A stretch of DNA of 64,000 nucleotides. Source: a virus. The stretch is from the IMG/VR virus record IMGVR_UViG_3300028394_000035, one strand, 5' to 3'. Under the pieces are notes generated by a model that had not been told where the DNA came from, searched no databases, and saw only the letters and a program-made list of their open reading frames with translations. Positions within the stretch are counted from its first letter, which is position 1; the number at the start of each line of letters is the position of its first letter. Positions 6,517 through 18,400 of this stretch are shown here, in pieces. Both the position numbers and the translations under genes were made by a program.

Positions 6517-6858
6517 TTGGAACAATTTTCTATGGGCAATCACCTCTTATTAGAGGTATATGATATTGAATATAATTTGTTAAATGATACAATCCCTCTA
6601 TTGGAAGTAATCCAAAGGGGGATTTCTCGTGCAAAGATGACTATTTTAAATATCTTTACTCATAAATTTGAACCACAAGGTCTTACGATTGTGATTGCAT
6701 TATCAGAAAGTCATTTTTCGGCGCATACATGGCCGGAAAAAGGATGCATTGCAATTGACATTTATACTTGTGGAGAAGGAAATCCAAAAATTGTTGCAAT
6801 TGAACTTTTAAAATATTTTAATTCATACAATTATAAAATCAGAAATCTAAATCGTTAA
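6517..6858 (+). CDS. speD: S-adenosylmethionine decarboxylase proenzyme
   Basis: HLLLE, FEPQG, LSESHFSAHTWPE (pyruvoyl self-cleavage E/S) and DIYTCG motifs; start at TTG 6517 or ATG 6532. Confidence 0.9.
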   Translation: MEQFSMGNHLLLEVYDIEYNLLNDTIPLLEVIQRGISRAKMTILNIFTHKFEPQGLTIVIALSESHFSAHTWPEKGCIAIDIYTCGEGNPKIVAIELLKYFNSYNYKIRNLNR

Positions 6859-6921
6859 ATATATTTGGAGATAGAAACCTCCATCATAAAAGTTCTGTTT
6901 TATTTTTAAAACAGGAGAAAA

Positions 6922-7161
6922 ATGTCCAATTTATCAGTCGATAGAGACAAAGAATATATGCGTCAAATGTGGGGAACTACGCATTTGATTACGGATTATA
7001 AAACAGAACCGCCAAAAAGAATCATTCAAGAAATTATGCATGATTTGGCACCCAATCATAATTTAAAAAAACAAACCGATCTTCATGAAAAAATTCGTAA
7101 TGATGAAGATTATGATGATTGGGAATATGGAACGGAACCAAATTATGGAAAAACTTGGTAA
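6922..7161 (+). CDS. Conserved cyanophage hypothetical protein
   Basis: ORF track; SD AGGAG; MWGTTHLITDY motif. Confidence 0.75.
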   Translation: MSNLSVDRDKEYMRQMWGTTHLITDYKTEPPKRIIQEIMHDLAPNHNLKKQTDLHEKIRNDEDYDDWEYGTEPNYGKTW

Positions 7162-7195
7162 AAAGTATTATAGATATATAAAAGAGAAAAAATGA

Positions 7196-7597
7196 ATGGC
7201 AGTAAAAATTTCTCGTAGTTTTAAAGATATTAGTTTATCTTTTACTAGACATCCAATTACGAATGATTTAACTGTTTTAAAAAATGAAGATTCGATCAAA
7301 AGATCGGTAATGAATCTTGTAAGAACTCGTATTGGGGAAAGATTTTTTAATAATTTATTAGGAACATCTATTGAAAACTCCCTTTTTGAAATACAAAGTT
7401 CTGAAATATCTGTATTTTTAGAACAAGAAATAACAAATTTAATTAATAATTATGAATACAGAATTAAATTAAATAATGTGATCATTGAATCTGAATTAGA
7501 TAATAATGATTTAAATATTAGTATTTCTTATGACATTGTTGGTATGCCTTTTGCGACTCAGAATATAGAATTTATTTTACAATCAACAAAAGTCTAA
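7196..7597 (+). CDS. gp25: Baseplate wedge subunit gp25
   Basis: FKDISLSF..HP, NLVRTRIGERFF; synteny before gp6. Confidence 0.9.
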   Translation: MAVKISRSFKDISLSFTRHPITNDLTVLKNEDSIKRSVMNLVRTRIGERFFNNLLGTSIENSLFEIQSSEISVFLEQEITNLINNYEYRIKLNNVIIESELDNNDLNISISYDIVGMPFATQNIEFILQSTKV

Positions 7598-9465
7598 TGT
7601 CATTTAATCAATTTACAAATTTAGATTTTAATGATTTGCGAACTCAGATTAAGGACTATCTGAGAGCAAATACAGATTTTAGTGATTTTGATTTTGAAGG
7701 ATCTAATTTTTCAATTCTAATAGATGTTTTAGCATATAATAGTTATATTACTGCATATAATACTAATATGCAAGCAAATGAGTCATTTATTGATTCTGCG
7801 ACATTAAGAGAAAATGTTGTATCTCTTGCAAGAAATATTGGTTACGTTCCTCGTTCTAAAAGATCAGCTGAATCTAAAATATCTTTTACGGTAAATACCG
7901 GATCTTTAAATTCAAGAACAGTTACATTAAAGGCAGGAATTGTTGCTTTGGGTGCTGTTGAATCTGGCAATTATATATTTTCAATTCCTTCTGCTATAAC
8001 AACCACAGTTGATAATTTTGGTATTGCATATTTTAATGATATATCAATTTATGAAGGAACATATTTAACTAAAACTTTTACGATTGATTATAGTCAACCA
8101 AACCAAAAATACATTTTAGATAACACCGATATCGATACATCTACAATCAGAGTAAGTGTATCTTTAACATCAACCGAAAAATATTCGCTTTATGATAATA
8201 TTTTAAATATTGATAAAAATTCTAAAGTATTTTTAATTCAAGAAGTCAATGATGAAAAATACCAAATTCTTTTTGGTGATAATTTATTGGGAAAGAAACC
8301 AGAAAACGGAAGCACTGTACTTGTTTCATACATCGTAACTAATGGAAAAACTGCAAATGGTGCATCCAATTTTACATTTTCTGGTTCAATTGTGGACAAT
8401 AACGCAATTACAATTACATCAGGGATTTCACTTTTAACCACAACAACATCTGCTCAAAATGGAGATGATATTGAAGAATTGGATTCTATCAAATATCTTG
8501 CACCAAGAGTATATGCATCACAATACAGAGCAGTCACAGCAAACGACTATAAAGCACTAATACCATACATTTATACAAATGTGGATTCGGTATCTGCTTA
8601 TGGTGGAGACGAATTAGATCCACCACAGTACGGAAAGGTATTCATATCAATCAAACCAAGAAATGGAAATTTTTTATCAGAAATTAAAAAAAATGAAATT
8701 AGAAAAAAACTAAAACAATATAGTATTGCTGGAATTAAACCTGAAATTATTGATTTAAAATATCTTTATGTAGAATTGGACACAACAATATATTACAACC
8801 AATCATTTACTGCAAATGCAAGTCTACTTCGCAATCAAGTTATTAATACCTTAAACATATATTCAAGATCAACGGACGTAAATAGTTTTGGTGGAAGATT
8901 TAAGTATAGTAAGGTTAATAGTTTAATTGATAATACAAATCGAGCAATTACATCTAATATTACAAAAGTCAAAATGAGAAGAGACTTGCAACCAGCATTT
9001 AATACATTTGCAACTTATGAGATATGTTTTGGTAATAAATTTCACCAAAAAACAAATAATTATAGCATCAAATCTTCTGGATTTAAAACTAATGAATTTG
9101 CCGAAACTTTATATATTACAGATTTTCCAATTTCATTATCATCTGGTAGAATTATTTTATTTAAACTTATAGACAATAATCCCGTAATTGTAAAAAATAA
9201 TGCAGGAACAGTTGATTATACAAAAGGTGAAATTATACTAGATATAATTAATATTACTTCTACATCTCTTGAAACTGGTGTTATTCAAATTGAAGCAGTT
9301 CCAGAGTCAAATGATATAATTGCGTTGAAAGATATATATCTTCAAATAGATATTTCAAATACTGTTGTAAATACTATAGAAGATGTTATTGAATCTGGAG
9401 AAAATACTTCAGCTACACAATACACTTCTACCTCAAGTTACCTTAACGGATTGTATACAAGATAA
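7597..9465 (+). CDS. gp6: Baseplate wedge subunit gp6
   Basis: LDFNDLRTQIK..L, DFDFEGS, SATLRENVVSLA, QYRAVTANDY. Confidence 0.95.
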   Translation: MSFNQFTNLDFNDLRTQIKDYLRANTDFSDFDFEGSNFSILIDVLAYNSYITAYNTNMQANESFIDSATLRENVVSLARNIGYVPRSKRSAESKISFTVNTGSLNSRTVTLKAGIVALGAVESGNYIFSIPSAITTTVDNFGIAYFNDISIYEGTYLTKTFTIDYSQPNQKYILDNTDIDTSTIRVSVSLTSTEKYSLYDNILNIDKNSKVFLIQEVNDEKYQILFGDNLLGKKPENGSTVLVSYIVTNGKTANGASNFTFSGSIVDNNAITITSGISLLTTTTSAQNGDDIEELDSIKYLAPRVYASQYRAVTANDYKALIPYIYTNVDSVSAYGGDELDPPQYGKVFISIKPRNGNFLSEIKKNEIRKKLKQYSIAGIKPEIIDLKYLYVELDTTIYYNQSFTANASLLRNQVINTLNIYSRSTDVNSFGGRFKYSKVNSLIDNTNRAITSNITKVKMRRDLQPAFNTFATYEICFGNKFHQKTNNYSIKSSGFKTNEFAETLYITDFPISLSSGRIILFKLIDNNPVIVKNNAGTVDYTKGEIILDIINITSTSLETGVIQIEAVPESNDIIALKDIYLQIDISNTVVNTIEDVIESGENTSATQYTSTSSYLNGLYTR

Positions 9466-12400
9466 ATGTCTGAGATCAAAAGAGTTAAAATCAATCACAT
9501 TTTAGATTCTCAAATACCAGAGTTTCTAAATGAAGAATCGCCTACATTTAAACAATTTTTAAATCAATATTATATTTCACAAGAACACCAAACTGGTATA
9601 GTTGATTTATCAAATAATCTGGTAAAATATAAAAGTATTGAAAATTTTAATAATGAAACTTTAATAGACTCTCAGTTACAATCAAAATTAACTTCTTCTA
9701 TTTTATCATTTGATGATATAATTTATGCATCTCATACAATCGGATATCCAGACAAATATGGTATATTAAAAATTAACGATGAGATCATTACATATACATC
9801 AAAAACACAAAATTCTTTTCTTGGATGTATACGTGGTTTTAGTGGTATTGAAAATCTTGAAAATAACAATAATCCAGAATTTTTAACTTTTACAAAAACT
9901 TTAGCAGAAGACCATTCTGCCGGAACAATAATCAATAACTTAAATTATATTTTCTTTTTTGAATTTTTTAAAAAATTTAAAAACCAATTTCTGCCAGGAT
10001 TTGAAGAAAGAAGTTTTACTTCCAATATATCTATCGAAAATATTTTATCAAGAGCAAAGGATTTTTATACAACAAAAGGGACCGATACGTCTTTTAAAAT
10101 ATTATTTAAAGTTCTCTTTGGTGAAGATGTAGAAGTAATTAAACCTCAAGAATATATGTTGAGGCCATCTGATAATAATTATTTTATAACAAAAAATATT
10201 TTAGTAGAAAAAGTTTCTGGTGATGATCCTCTTTTTCTTGCTGGATCTACTTTGTATCAGCAAGTATCTTCTGGAACTGCTTCAGCTTCAATTTACAATG
10301 TCGAATATAGACCAGTTCAAGGTAAGAATTTATATGAAATTTCTTTAGATTCGACTTCTTTTATTAATAGTTTTGAATTTACCGGAACCACAAAAGTAAT
10401 TGATTCTATATCAAAAAATTCAACAGTTATTAATGTAGATTCTACAGTTGGATTTGCATATTCTGGCACCGTAATTGCAAAAACAAATAGCGGAAATATT
10501 GAAATAAATTACACAGATAAAACAAATACTCAATTATTAAATATTACTGGTCTCATTTATGATTTACAATTTGGTGATTTGATTTATGAAAATAAATTAG
10601 CTTATTCTTATGCAGATTCTGATATTGATAACATATCTCCAATAAAATTTAGAATTATTAACGTAATAGGAAATGTCAATTTTGACAAATCTTCAAACTT
10701 AAGAAAAGGAGATAAAATATCCTTAAGTTCTTTTGGTAAAAATATTTCAAAAGATTATAAATTTACAAGTTGGGTTTACAATATTCCAACCAATCATGAT
10801 ATTCAAAATATTGAAATTCTTACAAATAATACTTATAGAATATATTTAAAAGATAATTTAATTGTACATAAAAATCAAAAAATTTATATATTTGACGGCG
10901 AAGAACAGATTGAAGCAACAGTTACAAATGTAGAAGATGGTGATAAAAGAGAAATCAAAAATAGATTTATTATAGAAACATCAAAAACATTAAATTTAAA
11001 TAATGTAAGTAAAATTAAAAGAAAACTTATAAAATCAAGTTCTAATATCTTTTCAAATGTTTCAAATATAATTTCATCAGTTCAAAATACATATATTGAC
11101 AAAAATGAAGAATACTTATATGTTGCTTGTTCTGGTCTTCCTGATTATCAAATTACATGCACATCAACAGAAAAAAATATTAGTTCTGTTGGATCTGGTA
11201 CGACCGTTTTAACTACAAACAATCACAATTTCTTAACTGGAGACAAAATTTATTATAATTCGAATTCTGTTGGAATTTCTACAGGGGTATATTTTGTAAC
11301 AAAAATAAATGACAACCAAATTAAATTGTCATATAGCAATAGTGATATTTTTAATGAAAAATTTATTCAAATTGATTATCCAATAACATCAGATCAAATC
11401 TACAAACTTGGTTTTGAAAATAAAATAATTAAAGATCAAAAGTTATTAAAAAAAATCAAATTAAATGATTCTATTGATTATTTTGATGATCCAGAAAATA
11501 GAACTACTTTTAATCGACAAGTAGGTATTTTTGCAAATGGTGTAGAAATATACTCACCCACATTATTTGATGAAAATATTTATTATGGAATGGTCAATTC
11601 TATTACAGTCACAAATCCAGGAAAAGATTATGACGTTATAAATCCACCAAATTTAATTATTTCAGATTCTATTGGATCTGGTTGTAATGCACATTTGATC
11701 CTTTCTGGTTCAATTGAAGAAGTGAAAATCAATTCTCCTGGAATTGGATATGATAGAAAACCAAAAGTAACTATTTCTGGCGGAAATGGCGAAGGAGCAA
11801 TATTAGAAACAAATTTAGTCAAATCCAAAATTATTTCTAAATTAAAAGCCGATGGAACATCAGTAAATATTAATACAGATACTATTACTTTTTTAAATAA
11901 TCACAATTTTGATAATCACGAAGAAGTAATCTATTCAACAAATGGAAATACGAATATTTCGGGATTAATTGATAAATCTAATTATTTTATAAAAATTGTA
12001 AATTCAAAATCAGTAAAATTACATAAAAATAAAAATGATTCTATAGTTGGCATTAATACAGTTAATATTACTGGAATTAGTTCTGGTTTTCATCAATTTA
12101 ATACTTTAAATTCAAAAAACACAATTACTAAAATATATGTAAAAAATAAAGGAAAAAATTATTCAAATAGACTTGTTAAAGTTGCTTCTAGTTTTTATCC
12201 TAGTTTTGGAATGGAAATATCTGGAATTAATACTGCAGATAATTATATTTTTGCAAAAAATCACGGATTTAAAAATCAAGATTTTATAAAATATTCCTAT
12301 ACTAATACATCAATTTCTGGATTATTATCGACAACAGATTACGTAGTAACAGTAGTTGATAAAAATAAATTCAAACTTTCAGAAACTGGAACAGAAATTA

Positions 12401-15400
12401 ATTCAATTAAACAAAATTATTTAAATAAAAAATATGTAAAATTTGATTCTTTGGGTGTTGGAACTCATACTTTTTATTATCCACCAATTCAAATTAATAT
12501 AGAAACAGTTTCTGGAATTGGATCTACTGCTATTGTTGCACCGATATTGACTCCTGTTGTTTTGGGATCTGCCGAAAGTGTATATATTGAAAATGGAGGA
12601 AATTCTTATGGAAGTCCAAACATTATCAATTTCCATAGAAGACCCAATGTAGAATTATCTTCAATTAGTAAAGCACTACTTAAACCGGTAATTGTAAATG
12701 GATCTATCAATGATGTTCAAATTATTTTTGGAGGTAATGGATATGATAATGGAACACAAGTAATAATTTATGGTGAAGGAAAATATGCCGACTTAAAACC
12801 AATAATTGAAAATGGATCAATTGTAAATTTTTCTATTGTTGACGGTGGAGTTGGTTATGCTTCATCAAATACAACATTAAGCGCAGTAAGAAGAGGATCT
12901 GATTTAAAATTTGTAGTAGACGTTTTTGAATGGAAAATTGATCAAGTTGAAAAAAATAAAAATACAATTCTAGTAAATGGTGGCGATGACGAAACACTTT
13001 CATATCCAGCATTAGATTTGAATTTGGGGTTACAACCAATAAATTTTTATTTGTCAAGACAATTTAGAAAAAATCTTTCAGATAATATTTTAGACAATAA
13101 TCAAGAACAAACTTCTTCATTTCGACATTCCCCAATTGTGGGATGGGCATATGATGGAAATCCAATTTATGGTCCATATGGATATGAAAATTTAAATGAT
13201 ACTACCATTAAATTAATTTCATCTAGTTATAGTAAAAAATCATTACCAACTAATGATCTTAGACCAAATAATTTTGTAAATGGATTTTTTATTAATGATT
13301 ATGAATATAATTCTTCCGGAGATTTGGATGAATATAATGGAAGATATTGCATTACTCCAGAATATCCATATGGGACATATGCTTATTTTACAACATTTGA
13401 ACTAATATCAAATATATTAAACCCATTATATCCATATGTAATTAGTCAAAAATTTAAAGATACGCCAATTTTAGAAAACTTTAATCCAAGTTTTTCACAA
13501 AAAACAAACATTTCAACTTATAATATAATTAGAAATTTTAGTAATTATTATGTAGATTCCATAAATTCTGGTTATGAAATTATTGAAAAAATTTCTCCAA
13601 ATTTAAAACAAGAATTTATTGTAAAAGATATTAAAAAATCTGGAATTTCTTCTATTTTTATTGACAATTTTGGTTCAAATTATTCTGTGAATGATGTAAT
13701 TAAATTTTCTAACACACCAGACGGCACAGGTGTGAGTGCCCAAATTTCAAGAATATCTGGTAAAAATATATCAAATCTTATAGTTGGAGTGACTACTTTT
13801 AATGATGTAATTTTTTATTCAAAGGAAAATACTTTGAATCAAATTGTAGGAATAACTTCATTTATTCATAATTTAACCACAGGTGATGAAGTAGTTATTT
13901 CTGGATTGTCTACAATTTCTCTTTCACAATTAGAAGGTGTTAAAAATATTTTTGTAAACCAAAAAACGACAGAATTGGTAGAAACATTACAAAATACATC
14001 TACGACAGGAATATCAACATATCTTACAGTTAAAGATGTTGTTGGATTTGAGGTAAGTGATAATATTGGTGTTGGAACGGAATATATGACCATCACCGGT
14101 ATTGATCCAAAAAAATCTCAAATTTTAGTCAATAGGCAATCTGGTGGAGGAATTCATACAGTAGGAATTGAAAGCGTAAGACTTCTTACAAATAAATTTG
14201 AATTTTTTGAACCAAAAGCAATTGGGTATACAATTCCAGAAAATAAAACTGTTTACTTTGATCCGACAAATACTATTGGATATGGACAATCTGGATCTAC
14301 TTATTCTGTTGTAGGTATTGGAACAAGTACAATAAATATCAGATTTGTTCCAGAAAAATCCATATATCTAGAAAATCATAGATTTTATACTGGACAACCA
14401 TTGGCATATAATTATTCTGCAGGAGCTGGAATTAGTGCATATTCGGAGTCTAATGGAGCACCAATAACATTAAATAATAATCAAATTGTATATGCTGTAA
14501 ATTTTGGAAATAATTTTCTTGGTATTTCAACTCTAGGATTTACTACTTCTGTTGGTATTGGAACAACATTAAATTCGGTAACGTTTTTATATAATTCTTC
14601 CGTTGGTTATTCGCATTCATTGACAACATATTATCCAAAAATTACTGGAAGAGTTCAAAACTATGCGGGAATTGTAACAACTTCTGATCCTCATGGTTTG
14701 TTTAACGGAGATAAAATTAAATTTACAGTTCTTCCGTCAAGAGAAGAAAGTATTAAATTTAGATTTGATAGAAAAAATAAAAAAATAACAACCGATTTGA
14801 TAGGTATTTCTACTAATTTTGTTTCCATAGGGGGAACTTCAAATATTAATATTCCAAATAATAATTTAAAAACAGGAGATAAAGTAATATACTATGCAGG
14901 AAATGTAGGTATTGGAGGGTTGATTGATAATGCGATTTATTATGTAATTAAACAAAATCCAGACAAAATACAATTATCAAATTATGCATATGATGCATCC
15001 ATTGGAATTGGAATCACATTTACCTCTGTTGGTGTAGGTACTCATAATATCGCACTCATAAATCCTCCATTATCTTTTACCAAAGGGGATGTAATTACTT
15101 TTGATGTATCAGATTTATCTTTAAATGATTTAAAATTAGAATTTTACAAAGATCAAAATTTTCAAAAAAGATTCGAAATAGATAAAAAGAAAACAAATTC
15201 ATTAGCCATTGATAGATCTGGCGTTGCTGTTACAATAACAACAAATCAAAGAAATATTCCAAATTTGCTTTATTATAAGTTTTCCTCAACTTCTCTTTTT
15301 GATATCGATGCTTTTCGATTGTCTTCTGATTTTGAAGTATTTGGAAATAATAAAATTGACATTAGGCAAAGTTTATTGAATAGTGACTATTCAATAATAG

Positions 15401-18400
15401 GAATTAATTCTACTTCATTTAAATTCAATTTAAAACAAAAACCAGAAGATACTTCATACACACAAACATCGGGTATTTCATCGGTTTTTTATGATACAGA
15501 TTCAATCAATTCTACTGGTTCAATATCAAAAGTAAGAATCAATTCTAAAGGAAAATCTTATTCAAAAATTCCTTCAATTGTTTCAATTGCAAGTACAACT
15601 GGAAGTGGCGCAATTTTATATCCAACTTCAGAAGAAATTGGAAAAATAATATCAATTGACAGAATCAAAGATGGGTTTGATTATCCGACAGATCCTACAA
15701 CTTTACCGCAATTAAGTATTCCAGCGGTTTGTATTATCAAAGACATTGCTAGAATAGATTATGTTGGAATTTTAACATCTGGAAAAAATTACAATACACC
15801 ACCCAAATTGAAAATAATAGGAAATAATGATATTGAAATATATGCAGGAATTCAAGGTGGATCAGTTGTTTCTGTAAATATTTTAAAAAACTCTTATAAT
15901 TTAAAAGAACCACTTAGAATTGTTCCATATAATAATTCAAATGGATATGAAATAGATTCAATTTATGCTAGTGCTACTAGTGGTATAGGAACAATTGAAT
16001 TAGTTAATGACCCTGTTTTATATCCATACATTTCTACAGGGTATGGAACTACTGAAATTGATTTTCCATTTTCTGTAGGAGATAAGATCTTTATCGAAAA
16101 ATGCAGATTGACACCTTCATCTTCTGGATTAGCAAATTTCAATTCAAAAGATTATGGATATAATTTTTTTACAGTAACAGGTGTAAACACTACAAATTTT
16201 GTTGTAAACTATTCAATGTCTGGTTTACAGACAGGAACATTTGGAAATTATAATAACTTATTAACACTTGGATATGTTGTTAATAAAAAAGATATGGCAG
16301 AATTTCAGATGGTTCTAATTGATGATGCAAATTATAATTCTGGCGAAAGAGTTATTTCTGGATCTACATTTTCTGCAAAAGTTATGGAAAATGGGTGGGA
16401 CAATGATACTAATCAATTAAGATTGATAGATGTTCAGGGAACATTAAATATTGAAGATAAACTTTATGGAGAGGAATCAAAATTAAATGGAACAGTCAAA
16501 TATGTAAGTAAATTTTCTTTGGACTCTGACTTAAATGTTTTTAGAGAAAAAATTAATGATTTTGGTGATAAAGTTGGATTTTTAAATGATTATCAACAAA
16601 GAATTTCTGATAATGATTACTATCAAAAATTCTCATATTCGATTAAAGGACAAATACCATATTCAACTTGGAAAGAATCTGTAAAATCAATTGTACATCC
16701 ATCTGGATTTAAAGAATTTTCTGATTTAGTTATTACGGGAATAGTAACTTCTGGTCCATTAAATCTTGGTGTTGGAAAATCAACAAATATGAAAGTAAAC
16801 GCTGTAAATCCAGATCCATTTTTACTTGTAAATATAGACAATACCGCAGATTTATCTGTTAAAAATAATTTTGCTATGGTATATGAAGATGATCAATTAG
16901 ATGATGGATCAGTTGAAAGAATATTTTTCTTAGAAGGAATTGCTCTTAGATCTTATACATTAAATAAAACAAACAAAGTTTATATGATTGATGATATCAG
17001 TAATCAATTTACTGGTTTTACTACCACTATTGGTGGTTCGATTGTTGGTTTGTCAAGTTTTAAATTAAAAAGTAAAGGTGATCCGATTTTTTATAAAGAG
17101 TTTGTTGGATCTGCTAGCACGATTATTGATTTATCAAATGATAAATTTATCATCCCAAATCATGGATTTCAATCTGGGCAAGAAATAATTTATAATCCTG
17201 GCGTTGGAACAAGAATTGGTATTGCTACCACATCATATGCAACGGGAACTCTTGATATATTAATGAAAGTTGGTGCAGGAATAGGAAGTGCAATATATGA
17301 AAATGGATATAATAATTATGTTCCATATATTGGAATTGTTACTGGTATTAGTAGTACAGTTTCTCCTGGAATTTTTTCACAATATTTTGGATTTGGTAAT
17401 TCAATTCCTGGAGTGGTAAATATTGGAATTGGAACAGGAGCACTATTTCAAGTTCTTATTACTTATAATAGTAGCACTGGTAATCCTATTGGAACATCAG
17501 TTCAGTTAATTGATGGAGGAAGTGGATATTCCGTTGGGCAACAAATTTCAATTGCTGGAACTTATATGGGTGGTGCAACCCCCACAAATAATTTATATTT
17601 TACAATATCAAGAGTTTCTACAACCAGAGCTGGAACTGTAAATACGACATATGTAAGTGTTGCATCTACTTCTAGTGGGATTGGAACTGGTGCAATATTC
17701 AATGTAACAAGAGACGCAAATAAAGATATTTCTGAAGTAAGGATTGTAAATGGAGGAACAGGATATGCATCAACAGATCAAATTATAATTTCTGGTTCTA
17801 ATGTTGGTGGGTCTACTCCAGCAGATAACGTATACTTATCTCCAACCTTATTGGGGACCAATAAACTTCCATCAAATATATTTGTCAAAAAAATTGATAC
17901 AAATAATTTTCAAGTTTCTGGTTTTTCAACAACTTTGAATATTCCGTTCAATTTGACATCACTTACGACTGGAACTCAATCATTTAGTTTTAAAAATCCA
18001 AATGAAAATGTGATAATTTCGATTGATAATATTATTCAAAGTCCAATTCATAGAAAAAAAATATTACTGGGTCTTTCTACATCTATTGGTATTGGTTCTA
18101 CAAGTGTATACATATCTTCCGGAATCAGCTCTGTTTTTAATAATGATATTCTCCAAATTGATAATGAATATCTAAAAGTCAATTCTGTTGGAGTTGGTTC
18201 TACTAATGTTTTAAACGTAACTAGAGCATTTATGGGATCCGTTGCTGTTGGGCATACTGTTGGGGCAGCTACAACAATAGTGAAAGGAGATTTTAATATT
18301 ATTGATGATGTAATATATTTTTCAACTCCTCCTTATGGTCCATCAATTGCATCAACCGATCCACAATTAATTCAAAATTCATCTTTTTCTGGAAGAGTAT

